Assembly (NCBI RefSeq): GCF_020745735.1
Contig: NC_083403.1
Span: forward strand, 74,743,003 to 74,807,002
Length of the DNA stretch: 64,000 bases
Direction: 5' to 3'
Source of the DNA: Hemiscyllium ocellatum
Lineage: Eukaryota
Shown here one piece after another: positions 1 to 13,452 of this stretch (position 1 is its first letter; every line of letters starts with the position of its first letter). Under the pieces are notes generated by a model. It had not been told where the DNA came from, did not search any database, and saw nothing but the letters and a program-made list of their open reading frames with translations. The position numbers and the translations under genes were made by a program.

Positions 1-580
1 GAGGAGTGCCTGGGTCCTGATGGATCTCATTCTAGGATCTTAAAAGAAGTAGCTTGTGAGACATTTGATGCTTTGATTTCAATTTTCAAAATTCAAGCAA
101 AGTCCCATGAGATTGGAAGAGAAAGAATGTAAGTTCTATATTCAAAAATGGAGGGAGAGAGAAAGCAGAAAACTACAGGTCAGTCACCTTAGCATCTGAC
201 ATAGGGTAATATTGGAAACTATTATTAAAAGCGTTATAGCAGGGCATCTAGAAGAGTTCAGGTTAATCAGACAGAGTCAACATGGTTTCAGAGAAAGGAA
301 ATATATTTAATCAATCTGATACAGTTTTTTTTTAGAAAGTAACTTGTGCTGTGGATAAAGGACTGATTTTTGTACTTAGATTTCTAAATGGCATTTGATA
401 AAGATTCACATCAAAGGCTGTTGTAAAAAATGAAAACTCTATGGAGGTGGGTGGCATATTGCCATGGACTAAAGAATCCGAGACAGAGAATAGGTTTTCT
501 ACAGGTTGGCAGGATATAACAAGAAACGTGCCTTGATCCTCAACTATTTGCAATATGTTTAATTAACTGGGATGAGGTCA
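1..580 (+). mobile_element. Decayed CR1 LINE ORF2 (RT) fragment
   Basis: Degenerate translation gives GPDG.H.RILKEVA, DW..NV..IFK.G.REKAENYR.V, RQSQHGF and YLDF..AFDK, typical CR1 RT motifs; many stops and frameshifts. Confidence 0.85.
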
Positions 581-689
581 GTGCTGGATCTAGTTCTAGG
601 GAATGAAGCTGACAGAAGTTTCGAAGTGGCAGTGGGAGAGCATTTTGGTGATTAGACAATAAGAAACAGGAATAGGTAGTTGGCCATTG

Positions 690-1925
690 CCAATTAGTCA
701 AAAGACTAGTATTTTAAATTTAAAGGGAGGCTATGTGGATGAGATAGCAGAGGTAGCTGATCAATTGGCATGCTATGGTCAGAATATAAAGGACATCAGA
801 GAATGACTAAATGTTTAATCAGGTCAAAGAAATTAGAGAATGAGAGGAAGCTAACTGAGAATGTAAAAACAGATAGTAAGAACTTCTACAGGTATTTAAA
901 AAGGAAAGGAAGTAAAGTGGATTGTGGTCATCTAGAGATTAGCTATGGGAAGTTAGTAATAGATCACAAAGAAATGGCAGGTGAACTGAACAAATACTTT
1001 GCTTCTATCTTCACCTTGGAGGATGCAATAAACATTTCAGTAAAAGACGTAAATCAAGAGATAGAAGGAACTTCATGACCTTATGTTCTCGAGGAAGATG
1101 GTATCAAATAAAAGGTAGAGCTGTCAACTGACAAGTTCTGTGTCCAGATGGACTTCATCCTAGGTTCTGAAATGAGTTGCCGATGAGCTAGTAAATGCAT
1201 TGGTATTAATTTTGCTAAATTCCCTTGATTTAGGAAAGATTCTGCCAGATTGACAATTAGAAAATATAACACTTCCTTTCAAGAAGGGAGGGAAGTAGGA
1301 AACTATAGGCCAGTTTTGCTTTACTGTTAACATGGGGAAATCGTGCACTCAGAAAAACTCAAGGTATTTTGAAGGGTCAGAATGGTTTTTGTCAGGGGAA
1401 TGTCATGTTTATCTAATCTGTTGGAGCTTTTTGAAGGATTAAAATGTGCTGTGGATAAAGGGAATCAAATGTTATCTGGAAAAGGAAAACCAAGTGTAAT
1501 TGGTATTCCAGGAGACATTTGATAAGTTACTGCATTAAAGATTATTGCAGAAAATGAAAGCTCATGGCTTAGGGGGTAACATGTTAGCATGGATAGAAGA
1601 TTGGCTGGCTGGCTGGCTGACAGACAAGACAGAATATGCATAAATGTGTCTTTGTCTAATTTGCAGGATGTGATAAGTGAAGTCCTGCAGGAATCTGTTG
1701 AGGCTTTTAACTTTTTACAATTCATCAATTACTTGGATGAGGGGAATGAAGTCATGGAAGCTAAACTCACAGACAACTCAAAGCTAGGTAGGAAAGTATG
1801 TTGTGAAAAGGGTCCATAGATGTTGCAGATGGAAATAGCTATGTTGAGTGTGTGGTTAAAATTCTGGCAAATTGAGTATAATGTGGAGAAATGTAAAATG
1901 TTTACTCCAACAGGAAGAACTGGAG
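690..1925 (+). mobile_element. Decayed CR1 LINE ORF2 fragment (tether + RT)
   Basis: ORF 770-1078 contains ENVKTDSKNFYRYLKRK...EMAGELNKYFASIFT, followed by degenerate NYRP.. and WLADRQ.R..IN...FINYLDEG. Confidence 0.85.
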
Positions 1926-1944
1926 AATTCTGCGTGTAAAGATC

Positions 1945-2547
1945 ATAATAATAGGGTGGATATGGTAGGAAATTTTAATTTTCTAAACTGAGACTGGGAT
2001 TGCCATGGTGTTAAGGGTTTAGATTGAAAGGAATTTAAAGTGTGCACAAGAAAATTTTCTGATTCAGTGTGTGGATGTACCTACTAGAGAATGTGCAAAC
2101 CTTGACCTACTCTTTGGAAATAAGGCAGAACAGGTGACTGAGGTATCAGTGGGGGAGCACTTTGGGGCCAACAACCATAATTAAATTAGATTTAAAATGG
2201 TGATGGAAAAGGATAGCCAGGATCTAAAAGTTGAAGTTCTAAATTGGAGGTAGGCTAATTTTGACGGTATTAGGCAAGAACTTTCAAAAGCTGGATTGGG
2301 GCAGATGTTTGTAGGTAAAGGGACAACTGGAAATTGAGAAGCCTTCAAAAATGAGATAACGAGTCCAGAGAACGTATATTCCTGTTAGTGTGAAAGGCAA
2401 GACTGGTAGGTGGAGGGAAAGCTGGATGACTAGAGAAATTGAAGTTTTGGTTAAGAAAAAGAAGGAAGCATATGACTGTATAGACAGGAGAGATGAAATG
2501 ACTTCTTAGTGTATAAAGGCAGTAGAGAGATACTTAAGAGGGAAATT
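1945..2547 (+). mobile_element. CR1 LINE ORF2 fragment (end of APE endonuclease/tether)
   Basis: YVDVPTRE.A.LDLL.GN...VSVGEHFG...H and LNWR.ANFDGIR motifs; cut off by the PLE that follows. Confidence 0.8.
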
Positions 2548-3627
2548 TATCTGCTCCCAGGATGAGCGATTCCACTCCAGGATATCACGGATGTCCTCCT
2601 ACTTCCAGGACCATTATTTCCCCTCCCCTATGATCAACAATACCCTCAATTGCATCTCCTCTATTTCCCACAGCTTTGTCCTTGAACCCCAACCCCCAAC
2701 CACAACAAGGATAGAATCTCCCAGGTCCTCACATTCCACCCAACTAGTCTCCAAATCTATCATCCTCCACCATTTTTGTCATCTACAGTCAGATCTCACC
2801 ACCAAAATGATATTTCCCTCCCCACGCCATCTGCATTTGGCAGGGACCGTTCCCTCTGTGACTCCTTAATTAGGTCCATGCTCCCCACCAACCCCTTTTC
2901 CATACATGGCGCCTTCCCCTGCTACCATACCAGCTGCAAAATACACCTCCCCCCTCACCTCTGACCGAGGCCCCAAAGGATCATTCCAAATCCAACAGAG
3001 ATTTCCTTGCATACCCTTGAAACTCATTTATTACTTCTGTTGCTCTCTATGAGGCCTGCTATACATCGAAGACACCGAGCGCAAACTTGCAGAATAGTTC
3101 AGGGAACATTTCTGGTCCATACCCACCAACCAACCCCACCTGCCTGTGGCCATCTATTTCAATTCCCCTTCCCACTCCCGCCATGACATATCCATTATGG
3201 GTCTCCTCCACCGTCTAAATAAGGCCACCCGCAAACTGAAGGAGGAACACCTCATCTTCTGCCTCAGAAGCATACAACACAGGGCATGAACATTGCATTC
3301 CCCAGTTTCCAAATCTCCCCTTATCCAAAACCAAGATCCAACCTTTGTTTTGGCTTCACCCTCTTGACCTGATCTACCAGTTTATCTTCCTTCCTGCCTG
3401 TCTGCTCCACACTTTCTACTGACCGACCACAATATCTCTTACCTTTGACCACCTATTGCCATCCCAACTACCTTTCCCCAGCCCCAGACCCCACTCTCTA
3501 TTTATTTCTCAGTCCCCTTCCCTTTCCTAGTCCTGGTGAAGGGTTATGCCCGAAATATCGACTCTCTTGCTCTTCAGATGCTGCCTGGTCTGCTGTGCTT
3601 TTCTAGCGTCAGACTTTATCAACTCTA
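2548..3627 (+). mobile_element. Penelope-like element, 5'-truncated 3' part (zinc knuckle/GIY-YIG region, 3' UTR, terminal repeat)
   Basis: Degenerate IY..CC....LLYI..T.R.L..FREH and EEEHLIFCL; ends in the shared terminus ...gatgctgcctggtctgctgtgcttttctagc; degenerate hammerhead at about 3529-3563. Confidence 0.85.
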
Positions 3628-5443
3628 ACATCCTTGTGTCAGCAGCAAAGAACTAAAAGCAATTTGAAGAAACCGAGAGAAACAACTGATCGATTCCTGT
3701 GGCCCCGACTGGAGCTAGTGAACTATGTGTCCCTGATTTTGTTTTCCTTTTCCATGCCTAATATCCATATCTTTCTTTGTGATTTTGTCTGTTTGTGAAG
3801 GGGAAATTAAAAAGTGGTAGAGTTAAATTATTAAGAGTGATGTTAGCAATTCATATTTCCTAATTGCCATTAATTAAAGATAATTTGTTCATAAAAATGA
3901 CTTATTATTTTGTTAAGTACAGACGCCTGGTGAGTGTGGCCTTTTAATGTGTGATTGTCAGTCAGGTAAGTTAGGGACTTTAAATAGTTTGACCAAATCT
4001 TTTCACATTGGTGATAACTCCAGGAATAATGGGGCTGTATTTCCAGTGTCCTAGTGAATCATGACATGAGGTGCAGAGGTATTTGGCTGTTCAGTGTACT
4101 AGACACAAAAGGTTGCTATTGCAGGTACAGCATCTAATAAGAACAACTAATGCGATGCGATCCTTTGTTACTTTTACGTTCAATTTCTCTGGTGAGCATT
4201 GGTGAGACAAAAACTTGAATTAACCAGTATGCAGTTTTGGTCTCTGTATTTACATCCTTCCTTAAATAAATTGAAGGCAATTCAGATGGGTTTACTAGAT
4301 TGGTGTCTAGATAGTTGGTTGCTTAAGAGGATTGGACAGACTGGGCTCTGTGTCTCCTGGAGTTTAGAAGAGTGAATGTTGACTTGATTGAGCCGCAAAA
4401 CTGAAAAATGTGTTGCTGGAAAAGCGCAGCAGGTCAGGCAGCATCAAAGGAGCAGGAGAATCGACATTTTGGGCATAAGCCCTTCTTCAGGAATGAGGAG
4501 AGTGTGCCAAGCAGGCTAAGATAAAAGGTAGGGAGGAGGAACTTGGGGGAGGGGCGTTGGGAATACGATAGGTGGAAGGAGGTTAAGGTGAGGGTAATAG
4601 GCCGGAGAGGGGTTGAGGGCGGAGAGGTCGGGAAGAAGATTGCAGGTGAAGAAGGCGGTGCTGAGTCTGAGGGTTGGGACTGAGAAAAGGTGGGGGGAGG
4701 AGAAATGAGGAAGGTGGAGAAATCTGCATTCATTCCTTGTGGTTGGAGGGTTCCTAAGCGGAAGATGAAGCGCTCTTCCTCCAGGCATCGTGTTGACATG
4801 GTCTGACGGTGGAGGAGGCCAAGGGCCTGCATGTCCTCAGCGGAATGGGAGGGGGAGTTAGTGTTCAGCCATGGGACGGTTGGTGCCCCAGAGATGTTCT
4901 CTGAAACGTTCCGCAAGTAGGCGGCCTGTCTCCCCAATGTATAGGAGGCCACATCGGGTGCAGCGGATGCAGTAAATAATGTGTGTGGAGTTGTAGGTGA
5001 ATTTGTGATGGATATGGAGGGATCCATTGGGGCCTTGGGGGGAGGTGTGGGTGCAAGTTTTACATTTCTTGCGGTTGCAGGGGAAAGTGCCGGGAGTGAA
5101 GGTTGGGTTGGTGGGGGTGTGGATCTGACGAGGGAGTCACGTGGCTGAACACTTTAACTCCCCCTCCCACTCCACTAAGGACATGCAGGTCCTTGGCCTC
5201 CTCCACCGCCAGATCATGGCAACACGACGCCTGGAGGAAGAGCGCCTCATCTTCCGTTTAGGAACCCTCCAACCACAAGGGATGAACTCAGATTTCTCCA
5301 CCTTCCTCATTTCCCCTCCCCCCACCTTTTCTCAGTCCCAACCCTTGGACTCAGCACCACCTTCTTGACCTGCAATCTTCTTCCCGACCTCTCCGCCCCC
5401 AATCCTTCTCCGGCCTATCACCCTCACCTTAAACTCCTTCTAC

Positions 5444-5780
5444 AGCACGGCACGGCACGGTGGCACAGCGGTTAGCACTGCTGCCTCACAGCGCCCGAGA
5501 CCCGGGTTCAATTCCCGACTCAGGCGACTGACTGTGTGGAGTTTGCACGTTCTCTCCGTGTCTGCGTGGGTTTCCTCCGGGTGCTCCGGTTTCCTCCCAC
5601 AGTCACAAAGATGTGCGGGTCAGGTGAATTGGCCATGCTAAATTGCCCGTATTGTTAGGTAAGGGGTAAATGTAGGGGTATGGGTGGGTTGCGCTTCGGC
5701 GGGTCGGTGTGGACTTGTTGGGCCGAAGGGTCTGTTTCTACACTGTAAGTAATCTAATCTAATCAAGTAATCTAATCTAA
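5444..5780 (+). mobile_element. HE1-type tRNA-derived SINE nested in the PLE
   Basis: A box tggcacagcgg, B box gggttcaattcc, HE1 body, CR1-like 3' end and (aatct)n tail; flanked by a duplicated ttctac. Confidence 0.92.
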
Positions 5781-5863
5781 TTCTACCTATCGCATTCCCA
5801 ACGCCCGTCCCCCAAGTCCCTCCTCCCTCCCTTTTATCTTAGCCTGCTTGGCACACCCTCCTC

Positions 5864-5900
5864 ATTCCTGAAGAAGGGCTTACGCCCGAAACGTCGATTC
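5864..5900 (+). ncRNA. Minimal type I hammerhead ribozyme motif (intact core) in PLE terminus
   Basis: tc-CTGAAGA-a-gggc(ttac)gccc-GAAACGTC-ga: CUGANGA and GAAA core, 4-bp stem II, palindromic ACGT stem III, GUC cleavage triplet; stem I is only 2 bp in this copy. Confidence 0.75.
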
Positions 5901-7949
5901 TCCTGCTCCTTTGATTCTGCCTGACCTGCTGCGCTTTTCCAGCAACACATTTTTCAGCTCTGATCTCCAGCATCTGCTGTCCTCACTTTCTCCTAGTTGA
6001 TTGAGCCGCATAAGATCCTGAATCATATTGGCAAGGTAGATGTAGAAAGACCGGGTCATTGAGTGTTTTTAAGGTGGAAGTGGTTGCATTCGTGTCAGAC
6101 AGAGTTATTGGGTATGAATAGTAGTAGGGAATTTGAAACACAATCAGATCAGCCATAGTCTTATTGAATGGCGGTGCAGGGTCATTGAGCCAAATGGTTT
6201 GCTTCTACTTCTATTGTATACGTGATGATGCAAATATGAGATTGAAGGTTCTCCATAAGGTTGTAAACAGATCGTTTAATATCAGAAAATTGTCAGCAAG
6301 AGAGATGAATGACAATAGGTGGACAGTACATATAGTTAGCACAAATTTTGCAAATTCAGTGATGTTAATGGTTGACAGGAACTGGGTGGCTACTACATTT
6401 GCTCATGTAATTGGCTACAGTTCCTCTAGTTCTTTTCCTTTGCATGGACTTGTGTTTCATTGTGTGCAGACACTTTGTCGTTATTTAGGAGATACAGTCA
6501 AAGGAATTCTAGTGGAAAACTGAATCAAATATAATCACACTTCTTTACTCTGCAATATCTACATTGACATAAAACAGTTCTTTGCAAAGAAAGAAATAAA
6601 ATCATGCAATTAAAAACAGTGTCTGGGTATCTTCTAAAGATTAGTCTGTTCAGTTATGCAAAGTGCCTAATTGGATTTACAGCACATGAGCTTGTGCATT
6701 GCTCCCTCAGTTGAGGAGGGAAACAATGAATGTTACCATTTTGCTATAAACTTTAACTGTTATTTTGTGGAAATATATATTTAATGTCGAAAGTTAATTT
6801 ATTAAAATTTTGGCATTTGCTGCTGTCATATGTTTGCATTTTGCTATGCAGTTTAGAAGTGCCATTATTAATGTTTGAATGGCTTGATTAAATATCACTT
6901 TATATGGTTTTGAAGTACATTAAAATTTCCTCATACTTATTTACAGTGTGTTGTTCAAGCTTAGACTAATTAGATGCTATCCAGTATTGAGTTGGGTTTT
7001 TCAAGTGGAACAGTTCACAGCAGTTGTCTCCCACCTGCTTCTGATATGTTCATAAAACTCCCAATAAGAAACACATTAACAGGAAGCTTTCACAACTAAG
7101 ATTAACAGTCCAGTAATATTTTAATGTTTACAACATTGTTCATACCTTCTAAATCTTATCAAATTCATATGTTTCTATTCCGTACACTGTGGTATGTAAG
7201 AGGTTTTTTTTTGCTTTTCAAAAACCTCATGAAAGTAGATTTTCATTTTGGAAACAAACCAGTATCAAGTCTACGAAGGAAAGGATATGCTTTCAGTTAT
7301 AAAGTGAAACTTAACATGAAATCCAACTTGCAGTTAATTTCTTTTGAAACTTCTCATTACTGATTACTGCTCAAAGACATCCATTCGATCAAATGGGGGA
7401 TCGTTTGGAGCCAGCCATGTAACATGAGAAATATCTGAACCAGTGCATTTAAAGAGCTAATTGCTGACTGGAGATATTTAAGAGTTCACCTCACAAGTGG
7501 TGATATTCATCATATCAGGCAATGGCCCTGAGATATATCTTTTTTTATTACACTTGGCTTTCAAAAAAAGCAAGATTAATTTTAGTGTTTTGTACTTTAA
7601 ATCAGGAAAGGAATGAGACTTCTTTCTGATGTTATACATGTTGAAATTGGAGTCTATTTTCCATCAGTCTTTTATTAGACTTGAATCTCAAAATATTACT
7701 GATTATCATTTTGCAACTTGTACATTAAAATAATTGTTCTTCTGATTGGTGAATACTTATTTGCAAGGAACCACAAATAAAAAGCTTCAGGTCATCATGT
7801 ACCTATGAGTGATATGACACAGGGCTGCAGTGTGCTTGAGAACTTGCTGACTGAAACAAACAACTAAAGTACCACACAACATTTAAAGTTCTGTACCCAC
7901 AATTATAAAAAGATTTAATCAGTTACTTGTGTTCACAGAAATCGCAATT

Positions 7950-8268
7950 TCTGCCTCACAGCGCCAGAGACCCGGGTTTGATTCCAGCTTTGGGTGACTG
8001 TCTGTGTAGAGTTTGCACATTCTCCCCAAGTCTGCGTGGGTTTCCTCCGCGTGCTGTGATTTCATCCCACAATCCTGAGAAGTGCAGGTCAAGTGAATTG
8101 GCCATAAATTGCCCATAATGTTCAGCGATGTGTGGGTTAGGTGCATTAGTCAGGGGTAAATGTAGAGTAATTGGTTGGGGAAATGGGTCTGGATGAGATG
8201 CTCTTAAAGGGTTGGTGTGGACATGTTGGGCCAAGTGGCCTGTTTCCACACTGTAGGAAACCTATGAA
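7950..8268 (+). mobile_element. HE1-type SINE, 5'-truncated
   Basis: ctgcctcacagcgccagagacccgggtttgattcc...gcctgtttccacactgtagg matches the other copies. Confidence 0.9.
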
Positions 8269-8276
8269 GTAGCATA

Positions 8277-8496
8277 TAGTCTGTTCTGATATAACACGAT
8301 AGTTCAGTTCCCATACAATCCTGCATTTTGAGAAAATTGTGTAATAGAAGTACCACTTAAACCAATGAGACTGGAATCTCATTATAACCAATACAGGTAA
8401 GGAAAGTTCATGTTCTATAAATAATGGTCTAAGTTCTTCAATCACTGTTATAGCCAATTCGCATTGAAGAAACATGCATTATAGCAGAATTGACTG
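8277..8496. mobile_element. Tc1/mariner-pogo (Tigger-like) MITE
   Basis: Imperfect TIRs tagtctgttctgatataa and ttatagcagaattgactg, flanked by TA at 8275-8276 and 8497-8498. Confidence 0.7.
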
Positions 8497-9191
8497 TATC
8501 ATTTAACTGTTGTGTGACAAACAATATTCCGCAGTTTCTTGATTCAACTACATGTTAAAGAAGTTCTATGTTTGGATACTTATGTACTTAATTTATGATC
8601 TAAAATTAATTTTCTTCATTTTTCATGCAACTGTAGAAATATTTTCCTTTGTTTTTGCAATGAAATCTTCCTGCAGCAGCATTTTCTGGGCCTACAGTAT
8701 TCCTGTAATTTGCCTAACAGAAGGCAGTGTTTGAACTCCCTTCAACTAAGCCAAAATAAATTGGAGTTGATTTAGACTCTTATTACTTTGTGCTAACTGT
8801 AAAGGACTCAAAATGGCATTGGTGATCTTATCAACTCCTTTGAGCACCCATCAGTGCAAGTTTGATTTTGAACAGGATCCAATTCAGGCCAGCTGTTTTA
8901 GAGAAAGACCTCTGTCAATATGAGATTGCACATCCTATGATGTAAATAGTACCCAGGCTGCCATTTACTGTACGAACTGGTTCAAGCCTATGTGGCAGTG
9001 TATATGTGACATGATCGAAGGCCCATTTACACTCCACTGCAATTTGCCTTCATCATCACAGCCTGTTTTGAGGCCTTGATCCAGGGACCCTATTCAGCAT
9101 GCTCTGCTGGAAGGTTGCCCAAAGATCAAAGAGACCCCAGTGAGTCATAAGTCCCACACTGAACTCTTTTTAATTTTAAAAACATCTTTCC

Positions 9192-12100
9192 AGGGGATAT
9201 GGCTAAGTGTCTTATTAAATAATGCACCTGGAATATTAAGGGGAATCATGCCTGTTAAAAGGGAAAAAAAAAGTGCTTTCGAGCCTTAAGAGGGAAAGGG
9301 TTGATATCGCTTTGTTGCAGGAAACCCATCTTGATGATGGGGAACACCTGAAATTACAACAGGGGGGTGATGACCGGGTATTCTTTTCATCCTTTACTAC
9401 TAAAAGTAGGGAAGTGGCGGTACTTATCCAGAAAAAATCTTCCGTTCACATTATTAGAACAGGTGAAAGATGAGCAGAGACTATTTCTGATACTTAAAAC
9501 CCTGATACATAGGGGAGGAATATGACATTTTAAACGTCTACTGTCTTCCGGCGCATCCTCTCAAGCTTTTTGATAAGTGCTTTGTCTAAGTTGAGTGCTT
9601 TTAGAACACGGCAAATTATTATGGGGGGGGGGGGGGGGGGGGGAGGATTTTAATTGTCTTTTGGATCTGACAGTAGACAGGATGCCTTGTGGATCCCCAA
9701 CTATTTCTTCACAGGCGAAGCAGGTGGTTGACTTATGTGAGGAGTTGGGGCTGGTGGATATTTGGAGATGTCTTCACCCTACCGGCAGGGACTTCACCTT
9801 TTTTTTCAAACCCGCATCAATGTCACACGAGGATTGATCTCTTTCTCGCTCCCTTGGTCCTTCTGGATTTGATTGAGTTGTAAAATTGAGAATATAGCTA
9901 TCTCTGATCATGCGGCAGTATATTTGGAGGTTAAGGCCAAGAGGGAAGGGCTAGTTTTGTGGCACTGGCTTTTGGACCTTTTTCTCCTTAAGGATTCCAA
10001 ATTTGTGGAATACTTTTTGAAGGAGTTTCAGGAATTGTTGACTATCAACTCAGGCACGGCTAGTAGTCCGTCCATGCGATGGGAGACTGCTAAGGCCTTT
10101 TGCTAGGGGATTAGTATTTCCTAATTGGCTAGCCGGAAATGACAGAAGGAGGAACAGCAATGGAGACGCGGTTGAAAGCCGCGGAGGCAGCACATTTTGC
10201 GTGGCCTTCGGTGACTAAGCTACAGTGGATCATGGCCCTCCGGGCTGCCTTGAATTCAATACTGACGCAAAACGCAAAGAAAGAACTTGCTTTTGCTAGA
10301 CAGAGGCTGTTCAAATATGGGGATAGGCCAGGGAAGTATTTAATGTTTCTGATTAGGAAAAAGCATGCTCCCCAATCCATTACTGCAATCAGAGACAGCG
10401 CCCGGGTCCTTGCATACAATGCTTAAACGATTAATGAGGCTTTTCGGAGCTTTTGTATCGCTCTGAACGTTGTGAAAACAGGAGGGCTAAAATGGAGACC
10501 TTTTTAAAGAATCTGGACCTCCCGGGGTAACCTTGGAACAGACCTCTCTCCTTAATGTCACCTTGACAGTTCAGGAAATACAGGAGGCAGCTAGACAACT
10601 TCAGAGTGGGAAAGTGCCTGGCCCTGATGGTCTCCCGGGTGAGTTTTATAAGGAGTTTTAGGGATTCTGTCAGGGTCGATGTTGGAGATGTACAATCACT
10701 CCTATATGCATGAATGTATATAGGAATGAATATACCACCATCTTTGAGAGAAGCTAATATTTCCCTCATTCTTAAGAAGGGGAAGGTTCCTGAGGATTGT
10801 TCCTCATACATGCCCATCTCTCTATTGAATTCAGAATTCAAGATTCTGTCCAAGATCCTGGCGCTGAGATTGGGAGAGGGTGTTGCCCTGTATTATTAAA
10901 GAGGATCAGATAGGCTTTATAACGGGCCGTAGGTTATATAGAAGGTCTGCTGAATAATATTAGAAGGTTGCTGAATGTGGTCCAAGTTTGTTAGCAACAA
11001 TCACTTCAGTGGTTGGTAATTTCCTTAGATGCAGGGAAAGCATTTGACAGGGTGGAATGGCTGTATCTTTTTTATGTCTTAGAAGAGTTTGGATTGGGTG
11101 GAGTCTTTGCAGGGTGGGTGGAGGTTTTGTATCGCCACCCTCTGGCCGCAGTCATCACGAACGGGATGAAGTTTGGGAATTTTAGGATGGATAGGGGTAG
11201 TTGGCAAGGCTGCCCCCTCTCACAGTTGTTGTTTACATTGGTGATAGAACCGCTGGCAGAGGCCATTCATCAGAACATCCACATAACCGCTCCGGAAGTG
11301 GGATCGAGGGCACACAAGATTACATTGTATGTGGATGATGTCCTTCTGTTTTTGTTGAACCCGATGACCTCTGTACCCATTTGATACAATGTATCAATTC
11401 ATTTGGGGTTATTTCAGGATAAAAGATTAACTTTGCAAAATCAGAGGCCAAGCCTTTGAGGAACCTTAAGGATGTGCCAGAAGTTGAAAGTGGCTCTAAG
11501 TTCCCCTTTAAGTGGTCTCGGGCAGGGTTCTGGTACCTAGGCATTTTTATTACCCCCAAGTTTGATCTGTTATTTCGAACTAACTTTGCTCACTTGCTCA
11601 ACAATATTAGGCGAAAGCTCCAGAGATGGGAGGCTCTTCCAATTTTATGGCTGGGCCAAATATCTCTCATTAAGATGCTCCCTATAATGTTTCCCAGGTC
11701 AATGCTGCAGAAGCTTATGGGGTGGTTTGGTTCTTTTGTCTGGCATCGTGGGCGGCTCCTCATCAAACTTACTAAATTGCAGTTGTCTCAAGGAGGGGAG
11801 GAGTTGATTTCCCAGACATCAGAAGGTATCAATTGAGTTCCCTGCTGTCCTTTGTCTGCGATTGGGTAGGTAATGATCCAAACTCAATATGGCTGAATAT
11901 TGAGGCCTCCCAAGCAAAGTGCCCTCTTATTAACCTATTGTTCATGGAAAAGCTGAGGACAGTTATGGACCACTGCCGGAATCCCATTGTCATTGTCATT
12001 GGAGGATGATGCATCAGAGTGAGGGTGGTTTATCCAAAACTTTGCCACTTACACCTATATGCCAGGAATCCAACCAGGGATGATGGGCTAGGATTCAAGC

Positions 12101-13303
12101 TATGGGCAGCGAGAGGAGTTTCTAGTTTGGGAGACTTGTTTGAGGGGGATGTTATGATGTCTTTTGAGCTATTGAGTTGCAAATACGGATTACCCAGCGG
12201 AGATCTTCAGGTTAGGGATTTAATCCAGAAGAAGACTACATTTCTCACTAAGCCCTATACAGAGAGATTGTTTCTATGTTCTACAAGCACCCTTTCGGTT
12301 AGTGCCCTCTATCGTCTGCTGGGTGGCAGGGCCTGGCAGGATATTAACCGGTTATGTGAGGTCTGGGAGCAAGAGCTAAGAGTGGAGATCTCTTCCAAAA
12401 CATGGGAGAACATTTGGGAGAAAACTCGAAAGATGTCAATCAGTAATAGGACATGCACTATGCAGTTAAAAGTTCTGCACAGGATTCACCTGGCACCAGA
12501 CCGTCTGGCAAAGTTTAAAAAAGGGGCATCTTCGGTATGCCCCAAATGTAAAATAAGTGTAGGTACTCTGACCCATTGCTTCTGGACATGCCACAGGCTC
12601 CCTGTTTATTGGAACGCTGTGGTGGGAGAGATTTGGAGGGTATTGAGGACTGAAGTCAAAGTAGACCTGATATCTCTCCTCTTAGGTCTACCGAATTTAC
12701 CATCTTTAGACAGGCATGGGAAGAAACTATTCAATATTCTTGCACACTGTGCACGGAAGAATATTCTGATAAATTGGGTGTCTGAGAACCCGCCGGACTT
12801 GCTGGGATGGCAGAAATTAATTATGGAGCACATTCCCTTGGACTTTTTTACAAACATGTTGCACCACACAACAGACATATTTTTATAAGACATGGCAGCC
12901 CTACTTGAGTTATTTGGAAACAGATTTGTCAGTTATCTTAACTAGTGTGTTTGTTTAACCAGGATGGTTAGATTTGTTAAGCTCTGGGCCCTGGAGAGAG
13001 TCTGCTAAGTTAATACGGGTATATATACAATGCTCCCATTCCTCTGTTTGGGAGCTTTGCGCCGAGCATAGCTGTTCTGTATTGTTTTTTTGGCTTTTCT
13101 TTTTTTTTGGTGTTGCTTTGCACAGTGTTAGGGTTTGTTTTGTATTAGAGGGTAGGTTAGTAGTTAGGAGACAGTAGTTGTATTGTTCTTGTGTTTGTTT
13201 TCTTTTTATTATACTGATATTTGTTATTGATTGTATTTTTCAATAATTTTATATGTTTGTAAAGTTAAAAAAAAATTGCTAATAAATATATTTACAAAAA
13301 AAA
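9192..13303 (+). mobile_element. L1-clade LINE: complete but disrupted ORF2, 3' UTR and poly(A); no ORF1
   Basis: APE motifs TWNIKG, DIALLQETHL, DFNC and ISDHA; RT motifs PISLLN, SLDAGKAFDRVEW, QGCPLS and LYVDD; C-terminal CPKC..TLTHCFWTC; AATAAA at 13281 and A-tail; probable TSD atctttcc at 9184-9191 and 13304-13311. Confidence 0.93.
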
Positions 13304-13452
13304 ATCTTTCCCCGATTGCTAATTGGTTCTGTGATATCTATTCACTGTTCTGCTGCTCACACACCTTTTACAGAAGTTGCTCTACCTAGTGAAAATGTAG
13401 GAAAACTTAGAGACTATACTTTTGAAAGTGCTATTTCTAAATTAGATTTTTT

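Larger units (their letters stand above)
4398..5996. mobile_element. Penelope-like element with fold-back structure (minus arm 4398-5140, plus arm 5141-5996)
   Basis: Both arms encode the GIY-YIG C-terminus (HFNSPSHS..DMQVLGL...EEERLIFRLGTLQPQGMN) in opposite orientations; 14-bp TSD ttgattgagccgca at 4384-4397 and 5997-6010. Confidence 0.93.
4068..6215 (+). mobile_element. Old CR1 3' fragment split by the PLE at 4398-5996
   Basis: Degenerate Y..QFWS, LEAIQ..FTRL and LEFRR..DLIE; continues as .YKIL and the CR1 3' UTR after 6010. Confidence 0.7.

Noticed and set aside
7919-8249. Recurring similar short ORFs (also at 13474, 17231-17622, 26283, 28281, 58734) as a peptide family
   Set aside because: All are translations of HE1 SINE copies.
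9623-9643. Long G homopolymer
   Set aside because: Slippage expansion of the GG codons before DFN in the L1 endonuclease; no evidence of function.
12019-12888. Longest ORF (289 aa) as a host gene
   Set aside because: It is the C-terminal zinc-knuckle part of the disrupted L1 ORF2.
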